In this document: positions 1 through 12,689 of the stretch, one piece after another
Numbering within the stretch: position 1 is the stretch's first letter
How the letters are laid out: every line of letters begins with the position of its first letter
Origin: Paragordius varius
Lineage: Eukaryota > Animalia > Nematomorpha
DNA: 64,000 nucleotides
Assembly (NCBI GenBank): GCA_964247055.1
Contig: OZ176054.1
Location: 6,448,001-6,512,000, forward strand
Reading direction: 5' to 3'
Translations under genes and position numbers: made by a program
The notes under the pieces: generated by a model
What the model was told of the DNA's origin: nothing
Database searches by the model: none
The model's input: only the letters and a program-made list of their open reading frames with translations

Positions 1-769
1 AAGAACCGTTGCTATGGAAAGGACAGGAGGTGGGTGGCAATATCGTTTATTTTTTAATAATAAACTTATATTAATAAATCTGGGTAAATAAAATAACTCA
101 TTTCCATAATGCCGCAAAAATATTTGAAGTAGTTTGTTTAATTATCGTCCAATAATATTGTAACTCGTAGAATTATGAATTTTCCCCATTATATTGGTGC
201 GAAGAGACAGGTAAAAAGTTGGTAACATGCTTAAAAAGCCATGAGCGAATAAATACATACTATTTCAATATAAGGGGACAAGAAGAAACCGTATCAAGGA
301 TCTGTCAACCAAAATTTGTACGCTATATACTTAGTTTTTCTATATATTTATGCCTGGATTTTCGCTTTTAACCGTTCAAAAAGATTACCGGTCTGACCTC
401 GAAACGAGTACAGTCACATTCATATACTCAAGTAATATCAATCAAATAAATCCAACTATATAATCAATGTGAAGTTTACCAATTAAGAAATAGCTAATGA
501 TAAAATATAAATAAATTTTTAACAATTTTAAACAAAACCACAAAATCCAAAAATGGCAGCAAATGGTTTGAGATGTTTAAACATAATAATTTTCCTGAAA
601 AGTCATTGTTATTTTTATTAATTAAATATCATCGATACTTATAAAAAGTATATAAATTTAACTCGTTATTTTTGACGCAAATGAATTGAAATTTATATAT
701 CTCTTAAAAGTATTGGGTGCCAAAAAAATTTTGTTTTAATCAAAGTTATCAAATTATGGAAATGATTTA

Positions 770-1057
770 TTAATATGAATCATTGGAATCGAGATAATGT
801 TTCCGATTTCGGTAACGATGATTTCGTTTGATATGGAACGAATGTGGCGTTGTATTTTTATCAGTTATGAAGTTAATTTTCATTTTATCCGTATGAAATG
901 TTATTAAACCAAAGCCTGCTATATCTCTTGCGAATTCACATTTATTTGAACGTTTAACTCCATAAATTTTGGATCCGGAACCAAAGATTACGCAATTTAA
1001 TTGGTCTTCGGTGTAATGCTAAAAAAATTTAAAATTTATATCGTATATTATACAGTA

Positions 1058-1094
<37 letters not shown>

Positions 1095-4000
1095 TTTTAA
1101 TAGAAAAACATTAATATTAGTGAGGGAAACAAAAAAATGAAAAACTTAAGAACAATAACATAGTTCTGCATAAAATCTCAATATGACTAAGTATATATTG
1201 CTAGTTATTGATTATTGCCAAATAGCATATGCAGCAAAGATTTTTTTGGCTAATAATAGTAAAAAGTGAAAAAATAAGCCAATAATACTGCCCTTGTAGT
1301 ATATACTATTTGGCAATAAATATATTAACTTTCTACCAATATACACTTACTCATACTTATTATATTGTATATTAAAAAATTCAATAATTTTAATCATAGA
1401 CAAGTGATATTAATTATTATACTTGCATGTTATGATCATGTCCACTAACATATAAAGACGCATAATCTGAAATTAAATCACGAATTTTTTTGATCTTTGG
1501 AAACGAATTGTATTTCCCGCAACTTTTAAATGGATGATGCCCGCTCACAACTACGTAATCATGATATCTAGTCAATTAAATATAACACTATCACAAATTT
1601 TAAACTCAGCAATTACAGTAATGAAAGCATAAAGAGAAAAATTTATTAAAAGACAAACATATTTTTTTAACCATATTTTTAATCATGAATTTTTATAAAA
1701 TTTAGCTTTTGGGCCTAAAATAAATAATAGTTGGTAACACTATATATATATATATTTAAAATTGTAAAAAGGAAAAAATCAGGTTTAAAAAAGTATGGTA
1801 CCCCACAAACCTATTGAGGAAATGGGCACAAATAAATTAAGATATTTGACCCTGAAAGTACTAACAACCCGCCAAGGATGAATAAATAAAAAACTTCAAA
1901 ATTTGAAAGTTTACTATTTATGTGGAAACTAATTCAGCCTAACCAAATGGCTTCACAGGCCGCATTTTTTGGAAAAACTGGGCAGGGCATTTATAAAAAA
2001 ATTTCATTACAAATATAAATCTTCAAAAATTAAGATCACAATATAATTATTATTTTTTAATGATTTTGATTGATAGACAATTCGGAAAGAGAGAGATGCG
2101 TACACAGGAAATTGGTTTTAAAATTAATTTACTTAGATTCTGTGAACTCAAAATGAGCGGAACGCTTATTATTAAAGGATCCACGTACTTTTATTTTGGT
2201 AAATTTTAACCTTTAAACGTTATTTAGCTCGATTATACTAGTGTACACAATAGATAAAATTTTCCATGATGCCTACTTTAATTCTAATTCTAAACTTTCC
2301 AACCATTCAAATTGTTTTTCACCCAAAACAGTTCCATTAGTTTTGCGAGCTTTTTCCTCCTCCTCGTAAAAATTGGTGTCCAACATGATAAATGAGATTG
2401 TCACATTGTCAATATATTTGTCATGTCGATACATATGGATAACATAGGTACGTTTGTAAAAGAAATATGGGAACACCCTATTAATAGTACAGACATAGAT
2501 AGCATTTAAAAAATTGAATATCAGGCAAGTATGTTATTTATTCGACTCCATTAATATTATAAATAACATACTATATACTAATATATAAGGCCAGGTTTTG
2601 TAATTATAATTACTCACTAATCCATTTGATGCAGATAACTGATTTTAACATTTTTACAAGATTCACTGGGAAATTAAATGAATAAAGTCAAACCGACCTA
2701 TTTTTTTACGATTGCCAGTTTATAGCGGTTTATCTAAGACAAATGCATCCATTCTTTAAAATATCAAAAGTAGAAAACTAACGCAAAAGTTAAGTGTAAT
2801 TTATATGAAAATACTATTACATATATATTTATCTTTTTGGAGAAAACTCTATTTTACTGAAAAGTTGTAAATTATAATAATTGTAAAAAAATAAAATACA
2901 GTACCATCGATGAGATTTATTTGAATAAAAAATCTGTGAATGGACATCCTGGCGATAATCGTGATTGCCAGCTATCGTCAACCATTTAATATCATTCAAA
3001 CTATCAGTATACACATCTTCAAACGTTTTCTATTATTATATGAAGAATTGTTAATTGGAATACATACATTATGTGTTAGATTTGGGATTTGCCTGTTTGC
3101 ACGCTTTGGTAAACCCAAATTTATAGCTGATGAGCTTTTACCATCCGAAAAAGTAAGTTTTTTTCTTCTTATGGCGTTTGACCTACAAAGCTTTTTACGA
3201 ATTATAGAAACCATTATTTACTCAAAATGAGCCTCCCGAAACAAAGAAACCCAAAAATTTGACAGTTTATAGAGTGAATTTCATGCGCAAAAAATTCTTA
3301 GTGTTTAAACTCTGAAAAACAAATGGGTCGTATATGAACTGAGTCTTTATGTGAATGAATAGGATTGATTTATTATTACATTATATTTAAAAAAATTTAT
3401 TAATAAGATAAATATATCAGGAATATAAATCTTTTGTTACCTGAAAGCGATGATCATACAAAGATGCTACCCCATCACTGTAAAAGTTATCACCAAGTAA
3501 AAGAGCCACAGTTTTGCTCGTATCCTTAACAAATTTAGGCAATATTTTCGCAATATTTGATTGTATATCTGAAACATAAGGTTTTTTCGATGTCCCTCCG
3601 GTATCACCAATAGCAATAACACGAAATATTTCATCCGAATCTAATCAATCATAGTATAAATTTATATTATAAAGTCAGAATTATTAATTATAAGACAAAG
3701 ATTTTTAATAATTACAAGCCAATCCTTCCTTTTTTAAAGGTAAATTTGAATTACAACAAAAGACGGATCAGAGAAGATTGTTAACCCCACACTAAATTAA
3801 ATATTACACAATTATTAAAATCAAGAATTAAAATTCATTTCTGTTTAAAAATATAATCGATTATGCTTTGTATCGTTAATAACATTTGCGTGTAGTGTTA
3901 TTCATTACCAAATTCTATCATCCAATTTTATCAATATTGACTCTTTGTCTATATTCATACAATTTTATGATAGTCAGGTGAGTTTTTATATTTTTTTAAA

Positions 4001-4413
4001 AAACTACATTTTTCTCAAATTTTACCGTTTTTCAAGTCATGACGGAGATGATAGGTTACATCAAAATCAAATACACTCAATTTACTGTCTTCAAAGGTTG
4101 GTGCTTCCATATCCGGAATACCTGAGCCTGAACTAGACCATTGTTGTTGATTTGCAAACTTAGTTCGACCAACTTCTTTTGCGTTGAATGTGTAAGTAAC
4201 ATAATCAATTTCGTCGTATGGAATGGCCGGGTGATATATGTTATCATACTTTTGTGGATCGAATGTCAAAGTATTTGTGTGGTGGTAATTTTTACTCTTT
4301 TTGCTTTTTTTGCTTTTCCTTCGAGCCTCTGTTACATCGAACAAAGCTACCAAGATACCAAATAAGAGAAATAAATAAATAATGGTTTTAGTACTGAAAA
4401 AATATTTATTCAT
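770..4413 (-). CDS. ACP5: Tartrate-resistant/purple acid phosphatase (ACP5-like), intact copy, ~435 aa; exons 4026-4413, 3441-3640, 2905-3029, 2277-2477, 1423-1567, 770-1018
   Basis: Six GT-AG exons splice in phase with no stops. All purple acid phosphatase metal-ligand motifs occur in order: GDTG, GDNFY, GNHD, GHHP, GHDH. The N-terminus has a hydrophobic signal peptide (MNKYFFSTKTIIYLFLLFGILVALFDVTEA). Confidence 0.9.
1061..1092. repeat. (TA)n microsatellite; paralogue at 18565-18599; other (TA)n tracts at 19108-19180, 34426-34472 and ~54058-54100
   Basis: Directly visible dinucleotide runs, all intronic. Confidence 0.95.
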
Positions 4414-6260
4414 TTTCGATTTGGGAACACAAAATTATAATCCTGAAAAATATATAATGGGTCAGATAACATTTGTGCTGTCCTTTATATATAACCTAAT
4501 GAAATGGTTTATTTTTGGTTAAAAATAGAATGTGAAATAGCTTCTCAATGTACATTATCTAGATTTCCTCACACGCCAGACTGAGGTATACATCTAGTTA
4601 CTATTTATAAATTTGATATTGGTAAATGTATATATTTATTACTATTTTTAATTTGATAATCTAAAAATACTCAATCAATCGATCCTAATATGGTAAAGGT
4701 TGATACCCAATTGGGCTTATTATTATAATTAGACTTCTCTTAAACAATTATTTTGGGTTTATTTTTAACTTCATACCAAATTTAATACAATTGTATAATA
4801 AGATACTTAGTTTAAAGAAATATCTAATACTTTTATGTGAAAAATTGATGTAAAAAATCGAAAATATATTATTAAAATATTGTATAAGAAACAAAAATCA
4901 ACCTATTGACAATATATGGGGCTTATTTTAGGCGGAGAGTGCGGGCGACATCTCCTAATAAATTAAAAATTGAATTTGAGATTAATTTGTCATCCAATTG
5001 AAAACTGGATAAAAAATATCGGTTAATAAATGCTAAAAGAAGTTATCCTAAGTTTTTTATTTGATACTCGCCTATATTGTATATTAATGTTTTTTATTAT
5101 ATTGTATAATATGGCGTATTCGATCGCCGTAAAAAACTCAAAATATCTGATATGATGACCATTCCCGTCGGTTGGCTTGTAATATATTTTTATAATTTTG
5201 TAACAGGTAATATAGTTTTACAATTAAAAACTTACTGGAATTCAATTATTTTTGTTATAGTGCTTGAATTAATGGTAGATTGGCTTCAGATCAGCGCAGA
5301 ACGATATCATGTTTGGCTTATCTTTTGGTTTAATATGCAGGCTGTGATAGATTTGGCATAACGTTCGTTTGTGATAATCTTTTGATGTGCTATTTCACGA
5401 AAAATTACAAAAAAGTGACAATAAATGTATACATAAACTTTTAAACAGCATAAAAAATATTTTTTTATAATAGAGCAGTCAATTAAAAAGTGCAGGTTGA
5501 GTTTGATTGGAAATAGGGTGTAGGTTGAAAAAACTTCCCTAAAGAAGGTCATGTTTATTTTTGGGTTAAACATATTTATGACAAAAGATTCTTGTAATCA
5601 AACCATTTTATCGGTTAGCATATGCTGGTTTTTTATGGTTTTGAGTGATTGTGAGTCTATGATAATAAAAAGTATTTTAAAAAATTTATTTATAGACCCT
5701 TTTAGAATATGTAACAAGCGATTATTATTAAAAGCAGTGATAAATTTTACAAGCGATTCCGTGCCATCAATGCAAATGTAATCTTCGATTTTTCACGATA
5801 AATATGGGAATTAGAATTAAAAATAACTTTAAGAAAATTAAAAATGGAGAAAATTATAATTATATTAGCCATTCTTTTAACTTTTTTGGCTTGAGAAGTT
5901 TAAGTACGTATGATTTTTGGCATATCTTTTAGAAATCAATCGCTATCCCATCTAATTGTTACTATTTTTGATAATAGAACTAAATATAAATTTGTACTAG
6001 ATTTAAACGTGTCAGTATCTACCCGTAAACGGCACCAATAAGGTTTAATAACCTTTCTAATTTCTCAGTACAACTATAAATATTATAAAAAATTATTATC
6101 AAACAAACAGACTGATATTTTATAAGAAATATGTGCAATATGCCTTAATATACGAAAACTCAAGGTACCCAAATTTTTTCATTTAAGTTTAAGGAAAACA
6201 ATAATTATCAATGGGTTCTACTAATTCTTATTTTCAGAATATTTAAGAACTAATTTAATA

Positions 6261-6350
6261 GGTTGGTTGGTTTGTTGGTTGGTTGAAAAGTCGATTAATG
6301 ACCGATAGATATCTTAACTACCTCCATACGTTTCTGTCATGGGTTTTTAA
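6261..6350 (-). mobile_element. 5'-truncated 3' stub of an RTE-like LINE with an (AACC)n tail; paralogous stub at ~25301-25390
   Basis: The minus strand reads ..HDRTEWRKLR.. (copy at 25.3 kb), resembling an RTE C-terminus, followed by AACC repeats. The tail type is the same as in the 15 kb element. Confidence 0.5.
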
Positions 6351-6696
6351 GGATACATTTTTGTAGGGAAGATGTTTTAGAAAGGATAAATGTATAAATA
6401 AACTTAATCTCATTTATTTATAACATGGAAAAGGTAAAAACAAAAAGTGAAAAGATTAAATGACAGGTGTTGTGGATAAATTCCATACATATCATTAAAC
6501 TTATCGCATAAAAGGTTTAAAATAATATATAATTTTTGTGACTTTACAATTGTTTATATTATACAATAGATCCGTAATTCATTATCAATAACCTCTTATC
6601 ATAATTTTGATAACCAGCGGTTTAAATAGCTTTATCCCTGAATGATATCAGGCAGTTTTTAGATTTTTTTTAGTTTTGGATATGCAGCTGTTAGAG

Positions 6697-6878
6697 CAGG
6701 GGTGTCCAACACAAATATCTTTGCCGTTGTGATAAATTTTTTTAGTTTTCTTTTATTTGTTTTAGGCCCAATTTCGGATATGTTTTAAATAATAGTAAAT
6801 TTATATTGCAATTTTAATTTTTTTAACATTTTTAGAGGATTTTTGCGTGCCGAAAAATAAGCGTGTTGAGGACTCTTG
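6697..6878. mobile_element. hAT-type MITE, 182 bp; paralogue 25717-25883 has lost its right TIR
   Basis: Starts CAGGGGTGTCCAACAC and ends with degenerate GTGTTGAGGACTCTTG. Flanked by the 8-bp direct repeat TGTTAGAG (6689-6696 and 6879-6886). Confidence 0.75.
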
Positions 6879-7335
6879 TGTTAGAGGTTTAAAATAAATT
6901 GATATTTAAATTTTTAAAAGGGTGAGGATGCGGATAATAAACCATGTATTACACGGTATTATTAAGGGGAGAATGCAATTTTTAAGAACGAAATACACGT
7001 CGATAACCATCAAATTGATTTTAAAAATATTCATTGAGGGTGGTTTATTTTTCGCTGATATTACATAATTAAGCCTTGTATTGTAATTATATCATGGTAA
7101 TCTTACGTTTAATAATAATTTGGCATTATTATATGGCTAGCGGATGTGATAATAACTTCAAAATGATTTAACTGGTAAAAATAATCCCGTTATTAAATTT
7201 ACCATTACTAAATTTATCTATTTAAAAATTATTAAAAAACTAAATTAAAGCCTTTTTTTAAACAACACCATCCTAGGTGCCAGGTAAAGTCATTTCTGGT
7301 TGGTAAAATACAACATATTTTTGAAAAAAGCTCAA

Positions 7336-8227
7336 TTATTTATTATACTTAAAATATTGTTCATCGGTTTTTACACAGTTCCCCCATCTCTCAGGTAATA
7401 TATGAATGGCACAGAAAACATGGCTACCAGTCGTCAAGCCATTTTCCACGTTTCTGAAATTATTGAAGTGCTGCTCTAAGCGCCTGCCTCATTGTGCGAA
7501 GTGGTATTCGTCAGATGGCTCCAGGTCAAGAGAATAGGGCGGATGCGGAATTTCTTATCGAAATTTTAAACTTTCCCTGTTTCGCTGTGGGAGACGGAGC
7601 ATTATCATGCAGCAAAATCCCTTACCATTCTGGCCATTCCGGTCGTTTTTCAATAAAAGCATGGTTTGTATTAATCATTGGTTGGCACCCTTATCTATTA
7701 ATGATTTCTCTAGTCCTCAAGTGGATAATGCACAATACCGCTCTAGTCTCACCACAGCATGGTCTTTTTACGGATTTGACCTTCGTGTTGAACTGGATAA
7801 ACGAAAAGCCATGATTTTTTAAGCTTTGGAATGCAAAAGAAAACTACTTCTCATCACCGGAACAGATTGTTGCAAAAAAATTTCATTGCGTGATTTTAAA
7901 GCAGGAATACACAAGGCACTTTGCATTTTCGATTTGACAATTGTGTACCGAATTGGTTTTTGTCTGCTCATTGTATTTTGTAATACATATGATGCGTCTG
8001 TCATCTGTTGTTTTTGAGTTGGGTTATAATCTAATATCTTTTGTATATTAGCAGCCGCGAAGTTGTGTAGTTTATCAGAGCGCTCCATTTGAGATTTTAA
8101 AACCATGTTTTACATGTTTTAATATAGAGCATATTCAACATATACCAACAAACGATAACTTTCAACGGTCTTGTACATCTGATGACAATGCGTTCCGCAA
8201 ATTTTTTTCAGCATTGAAATTCGACAT
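7336..8227 (-). mobile_element. Degenerate mariner (Mos1/mauritiana-like DD34D) transposase pseudogene
   Basis: Fragments across frames: MSNF.., KTCKTWF, ILDYNPTQKQ, ILLHDNAPSPTAK, PHPPYSLDLEPSD, IHILPERWGNCVKTDEQYF. These match recalled Mos1 motifs (HDNAPSHTAR, YSPDLAPSD, IHKLPERWEKCV). Many stops and frameshifts. Confidence 0.88.
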
Positions 8228-8619
8228 GATCACTGAATGATCATAAAAGGTTGATATTTGCGCACTTAACTTGCGTGTGTTTGTCGTATAATGTCAGATG
8301 AACAAAAGGACGTCTGATCAAATTAATCGTCTGCGTAATTTACCGACGTTTCATTTTATGTAAAATGGTAATTAAGGCTTTTTGGTTGTCTTAATATTTA
8401 ATATAAAGACACTCGTTTGCACAATTATACCATGCTCAAATTTATTCTGTAACTCAATTATTATACTTAACGCCTCTAATCATTAAATTTCTCAATGGTA
8501 CTCTCATAAATATTTTATATACGGTTTTCATATCAATTATATTAGCTACCAGATTAATAAACTTATTTTAAATACTTAATGCATAAAAGTGCTGTTTAAT
8601 TATGAAAATAAATTATTAT

Positions 8620-9260
8620 GAAATCAATAAAAAACTTATCCCTATTTAGAAACACAATTATGCTGAGAGGTAATCAGAATCTAACCGAATACATGAAAAT
8701 ATTAATTCCTGCATATTTTTTTCGCTTCCAATTGACGAAGCCACCGATTATGTGTGGAATTGCGCAATTAGCGCTTTTATTCGTATGGTCTTCCATGACA
8801 TGTCAGCCAGAAAAATTTTAATCAACATATTATCTAACGGAGATAAAATATGGCAATGTATTTGTTATATATTATCAAAATCTTTTCTCATAATGATTTA
8901 GAAGTGCAATATCATCGACATTTCAATAAGATTTCAGATTACGTCATATTGTTTTAATTTAGTGTTTTTTAATTGATTTGTAATGTGCAATTTTTCTGAG
9001 ATATCGCATCAAAAATAAGATGCGGAAGCGATTTTAGATCTTTTGTTTGTGGTATCAATGTTTTTAATAGATATATTTGTAATAAGAATTGCCTTAAACT
9101 TTCTAAAAATGCAGCACGACTTAACCACCTTAAATCTGATTAACTTCACTATGTCAACACCAATTCCTTTTAATTACCCTCAAAACTGAGGGGCAACACT
9201 CTTTTCAATTTGATTAAATTTGAAGCATATGTCCAATATTTAAAACCTGGTATGTAGTAA
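8620..9260 (+). mobile_element. Degenerate hAT (Buster/GTF2IRD2-like) transposase fragment
   Basis: FSLPIDEATD followed, after a frameshift, by GIAQLALLFV resembles the hAT FSL.LDESTD..AQL..FVR motif. The downstream sequence is heavily disrupted. Confidence 0.5.
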
Positions 9261-9282
9261 TCTATAAAATGGTAAATTATTA

Positions 9283-9458
9283 CAGAGGCGTAGCTTTTCT
9301 GGCGCTCGGTGCATGAATCGGTGATGGCGCCCCCTCTCCCCCATGCAACCTCTTGCATATTAAAAAATAATCAAATTCAAACCGTTCTCATTAAAATCCG
9401 GCGCCTCTTCAAATATGGCGCCCGGTTCATCTGCCCATTCACCCCTTATACGCCTCTG
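9283..9458. mobile_element. hAT-type MITE, 176 bp
   Basis: Perfect 10-bp TIR CAGAGGCGTA...TACGCCTCTG. Flanks AATTATTA / AATCATTA (7/8 TSD match). Confidence 0.75.
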
Positions 9459-12400
9459 AATCATTAAGATCTTTGCCAAGAGCTACAAATCCATTTTTAC
9501 TTTCATCATTTAAAATCCGACGCAAGATATAGAGTTAATTTTTGATTGTAAATAATTGAATAATATAAATTTAGTATTTGTTTTTGTGGCAACCAGAAGT
9601 CTTCTAAATCAACATTTATTTATATCTTATATATAAAAATAACTACTAAATAATTATTGGTCTTGATATTTATTAAAAAATGGCCGGTGTTGGTCAGCCC
9701 AATCCGTAAATAGATATAGCATTAGTAGTGTTGAAGTGATAAATGATTTTTTTAAATACTAAATATTCATACGTGCTCGCGGGAAAATTTCACCCAAAAA
9801 AGTGGCCCGCAGGAAAAAAAGGTTGGCCAACCCTGTATTATAGACTTTTGTTTTGGGTTGTTCTTTTTTAGTTACAATAAAAATTAGCTTTGGCATGGAC
9901 AGGTCAATTTATAAGAAAAATAAGCTATTTTTTAAAAGTTAATATTTAATTTGTACAAAATTACCGTTATTCATGATGGTGGGCTCCTTAGATTTATTAT
10001 CTTGAGTTGTCAATTAATTCTATAATTATTTTGTTTTTTACAAATCGGTTATATATGGGTTTGTTTTTAAAATATATATTTTTTTGATCCTTATCTATAT
10101 ATTTTTAAAATGCAGCCTGGAAAGCCCTTTACGTTAAACCGGGTAGATCTATAACAGTGTTACTCAAACGGTATGGCCCTTCATACTTAATTTTCTTTTA
10201 TTAAATTATGGCTCACTAATAGATATAAAACTATTATACATGTAAACTGATTTTACCTTTACATATTTTTATAACATAAACTCGGGTTTAGTTTAAATTT
10301 TTGGAAGCTTTATTATTTTAAATTATAAAACAAATTTATTTTGTCAGAAAAATTTTCTGGCATTCAGAGGTTGTGTTTGTGTTCTTTTCCAAATTTTTAA
10401 TTTTGGCTAAGCTGCCCAAATTATTTATTTTATTGTCTATTTTTTACTAATTTCATCCTCAAAATATCTTCTTTTAATATTTATATTACTTGAACTTGTA
10501 TAGATCATAAAAGCAACATTAATAATCTTCATATATCTTAAAAAATTTCACTGACAATGTTATATACATCAAAGCAAACAAAAATTGCAATGATTTAGCA
10601 TGGAATCCAATAAATATCACCTTTTAAAAAAATTGGGAAAATATTTGTTGTTAAAAACCACAAAATTCTCATTTGTACAGAAAAATTCAAATCAATAACG
10701 TTTGAAACTTTACCTTTTCCCTTTTATCCTAGTTTACCTTTTGGGTTAGTTTGATATCCCAGAGCTCAATTTTATAAATAAACTAAAATATGGAAAGTTA
10801 TATTATTTAAGTTTTAATTATCAAATATTTTTCTCGTATATTAGATAAAGCTAATGTTTTTAATTTTGGGACTCCTAGAATATCAAGTTTTTGCTGGTAA
10901 TGTTGCATGAAAGCTTTTAATTAATTATTTGTATTTTCTAACCATAATATACATTAATTCTGATTAGCGATTTGATCAAATTTAAAAAATGGCGGCAAAA
11001 AAATTTTGATGATTTTTTTTCTATTTTATACATTTTTTTAAAAATATTTATGTATAATGCACCTAAAAGGTTAAAAAAAGCATATTTTAAATTCGGCTTA
11101 ATACCATATATACTTAGGATATTCAACTCGCTCTGGGATATAAAACTACCCCAAAAGGTAATGGAGTGTTAGAAATGTTCTTAAGTTATTTACTGTTTTC
11201 CCATCGTACATGAGAAATGTATTCCGAAACTAAATATTATAAGAAATCCACATTGAAATCGCTTGCAGAATATAGAAAACGCATGAGATTAGCTGTTATG
11301 ATGTTAAACTATATTAAAATTGATGTTCTTCTAAATAAGGTATCAGAATTTTTCTATTTTTCTAACTGAATGTACTATGAAAAGCGTTTCAGCTGCAATT
11401 ATTATGCCACCCGCAAAAATTTTTTGTGTGCTGATATATAAATATGTACATATATATTAGATATCTATGCAAAATTTTATCATATGCAAAACGGTCTCTG
11501 AGTCCAGTAAAATTTTTGGTGAGAACCAACATTAAACTATAAATAACACTGATCAACAAGGTTTTGCACCACCCCATTATTTTTGCATTTTCTGATACCT
11601 AATGGCATGGATAGGCCAAAACAAAAAAGAAAATTGAGGCCACCAATAGGATTTTTTCAAAATTTAATTTTTAAATTTGTATTTAATTCAAAAATAACAA
11701 TCATTCCTCGTGTACATATGTTTAAATATTCAAACAAGCAAGTCGATACAAGTAATTTTTCATGCATGGATAACAAATTCTAGGCATTAAATAAGATACT
11801 AAACAAGCTAAGAGCCAAAGTATTAAAAATCTAAAAGGGCTTAGTATAGTGTGATAGATCCAGGCGGCTGCACAAGCTCTGCATATCCCCCAAGTGATCC
11901 TATAATTATGCCAGATGTGGCAAAGATAACAATTAGTAATCGTAAAGTCCGATAAGAGAGACTTGCAAGCAAAATCCAGGCAAATTGACATGTCAAATTA
12001 ACCAATTTACAGAATAAAGTTAGATAAATACAATTAAATTGAATATAAATTAGGTAAATACAAATGGTCCAACCCCATAACAGTAAATTCTACTAAAAGT
12101 GGCTACACAACATCCATCTGAAATTCAAAATACAAAACAACCAATAATTTTAAAAAAATAAGGTATATCCACTAGATATAAATAAAGGATTTTTTATAAG
12201 AACCAACTCAAGAGAAAAAGTCTAATAAGTACTCGAAAGAACGAAAACTAACAAAAAAATATAGCCTATCTGAAAGCTGAAGGTTTAAACCATAGAATGC
12301 CTTTTTTAGTATTTTTTTAAAAAATTTTTATATGTGTTAAAAATTCACTTGAAAAAAAAGACTAAATTTTGACGTTTAAGTCCGTACTATTTTTTTCTCT

Positions 12401-12689
12401 CTGATATTTAAATGACATATTTATATTCAAAAGATGGAGTTTAAAACGCTTTATTAAATTATATTAAGTTTATAATATAATAACATATTATTATAAAGTT
12501 ATATTTAATTTTCTCTCGATTTTCACTTGTTTTTGAAAAATTGAAAAACCTATAAAATTTCAAAATTCTGATTGGCGGGATCAAATTTTTTTTCAAATTC
12601 GGTTTTAAAACACTGAAATTAGTCATAATTTAAAAAGTGTGAGTGGTGGTGCTTAAAAATGTCCAAATTTGTCGACTAGTGTAATTGAT

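Larger units (their letters stand above)
1..8580 (+). repeat. Segmental duplication, left copy (continues past the window start); direct repeat of ~17499-27570
   Basis: Position 1 AAGAACCGTTGCT matches 17499. Colinear similarity runs through ACP5, its upstream region, the hAT MITE and the mariner relic to ~8580/27570. Confidence 0.92.

Noticed and set aside
2940-4365. Plus-strand ORFs 2940-3230, 3945-4136 and 4141-4365 (and paralogues 22747-23347)
   Set aside because: Antisense to ACP5 exons and introns, with no recognisable motifs.
7494-7822. Plus-strand ORFs 7494-7814 and 7607-7822 as genes
   Set aside because: Antisense shadows of the mariner pseudogene.
7271-8400. TIRs for the mariner relic (TAGGTGCCAGGTAAAGTC at ~7275)
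   Set aside because: No convincing inverted partner at the other end in either copy, so element boundaries are not claimed.
9685-9835. hAT MITE ending GGTTGGCCAACCCTG (similar degenerate element at ~53060-53360)
   Set aside because: The left TIR matches only 11/15 and there is no TSD; probably a real relic but not delimitable.
11700-12300. Possible LINE reverse-transcriptase remnant
   Set aside because: Protein-like fragments, but no diagnostic RT motif could be recognised.
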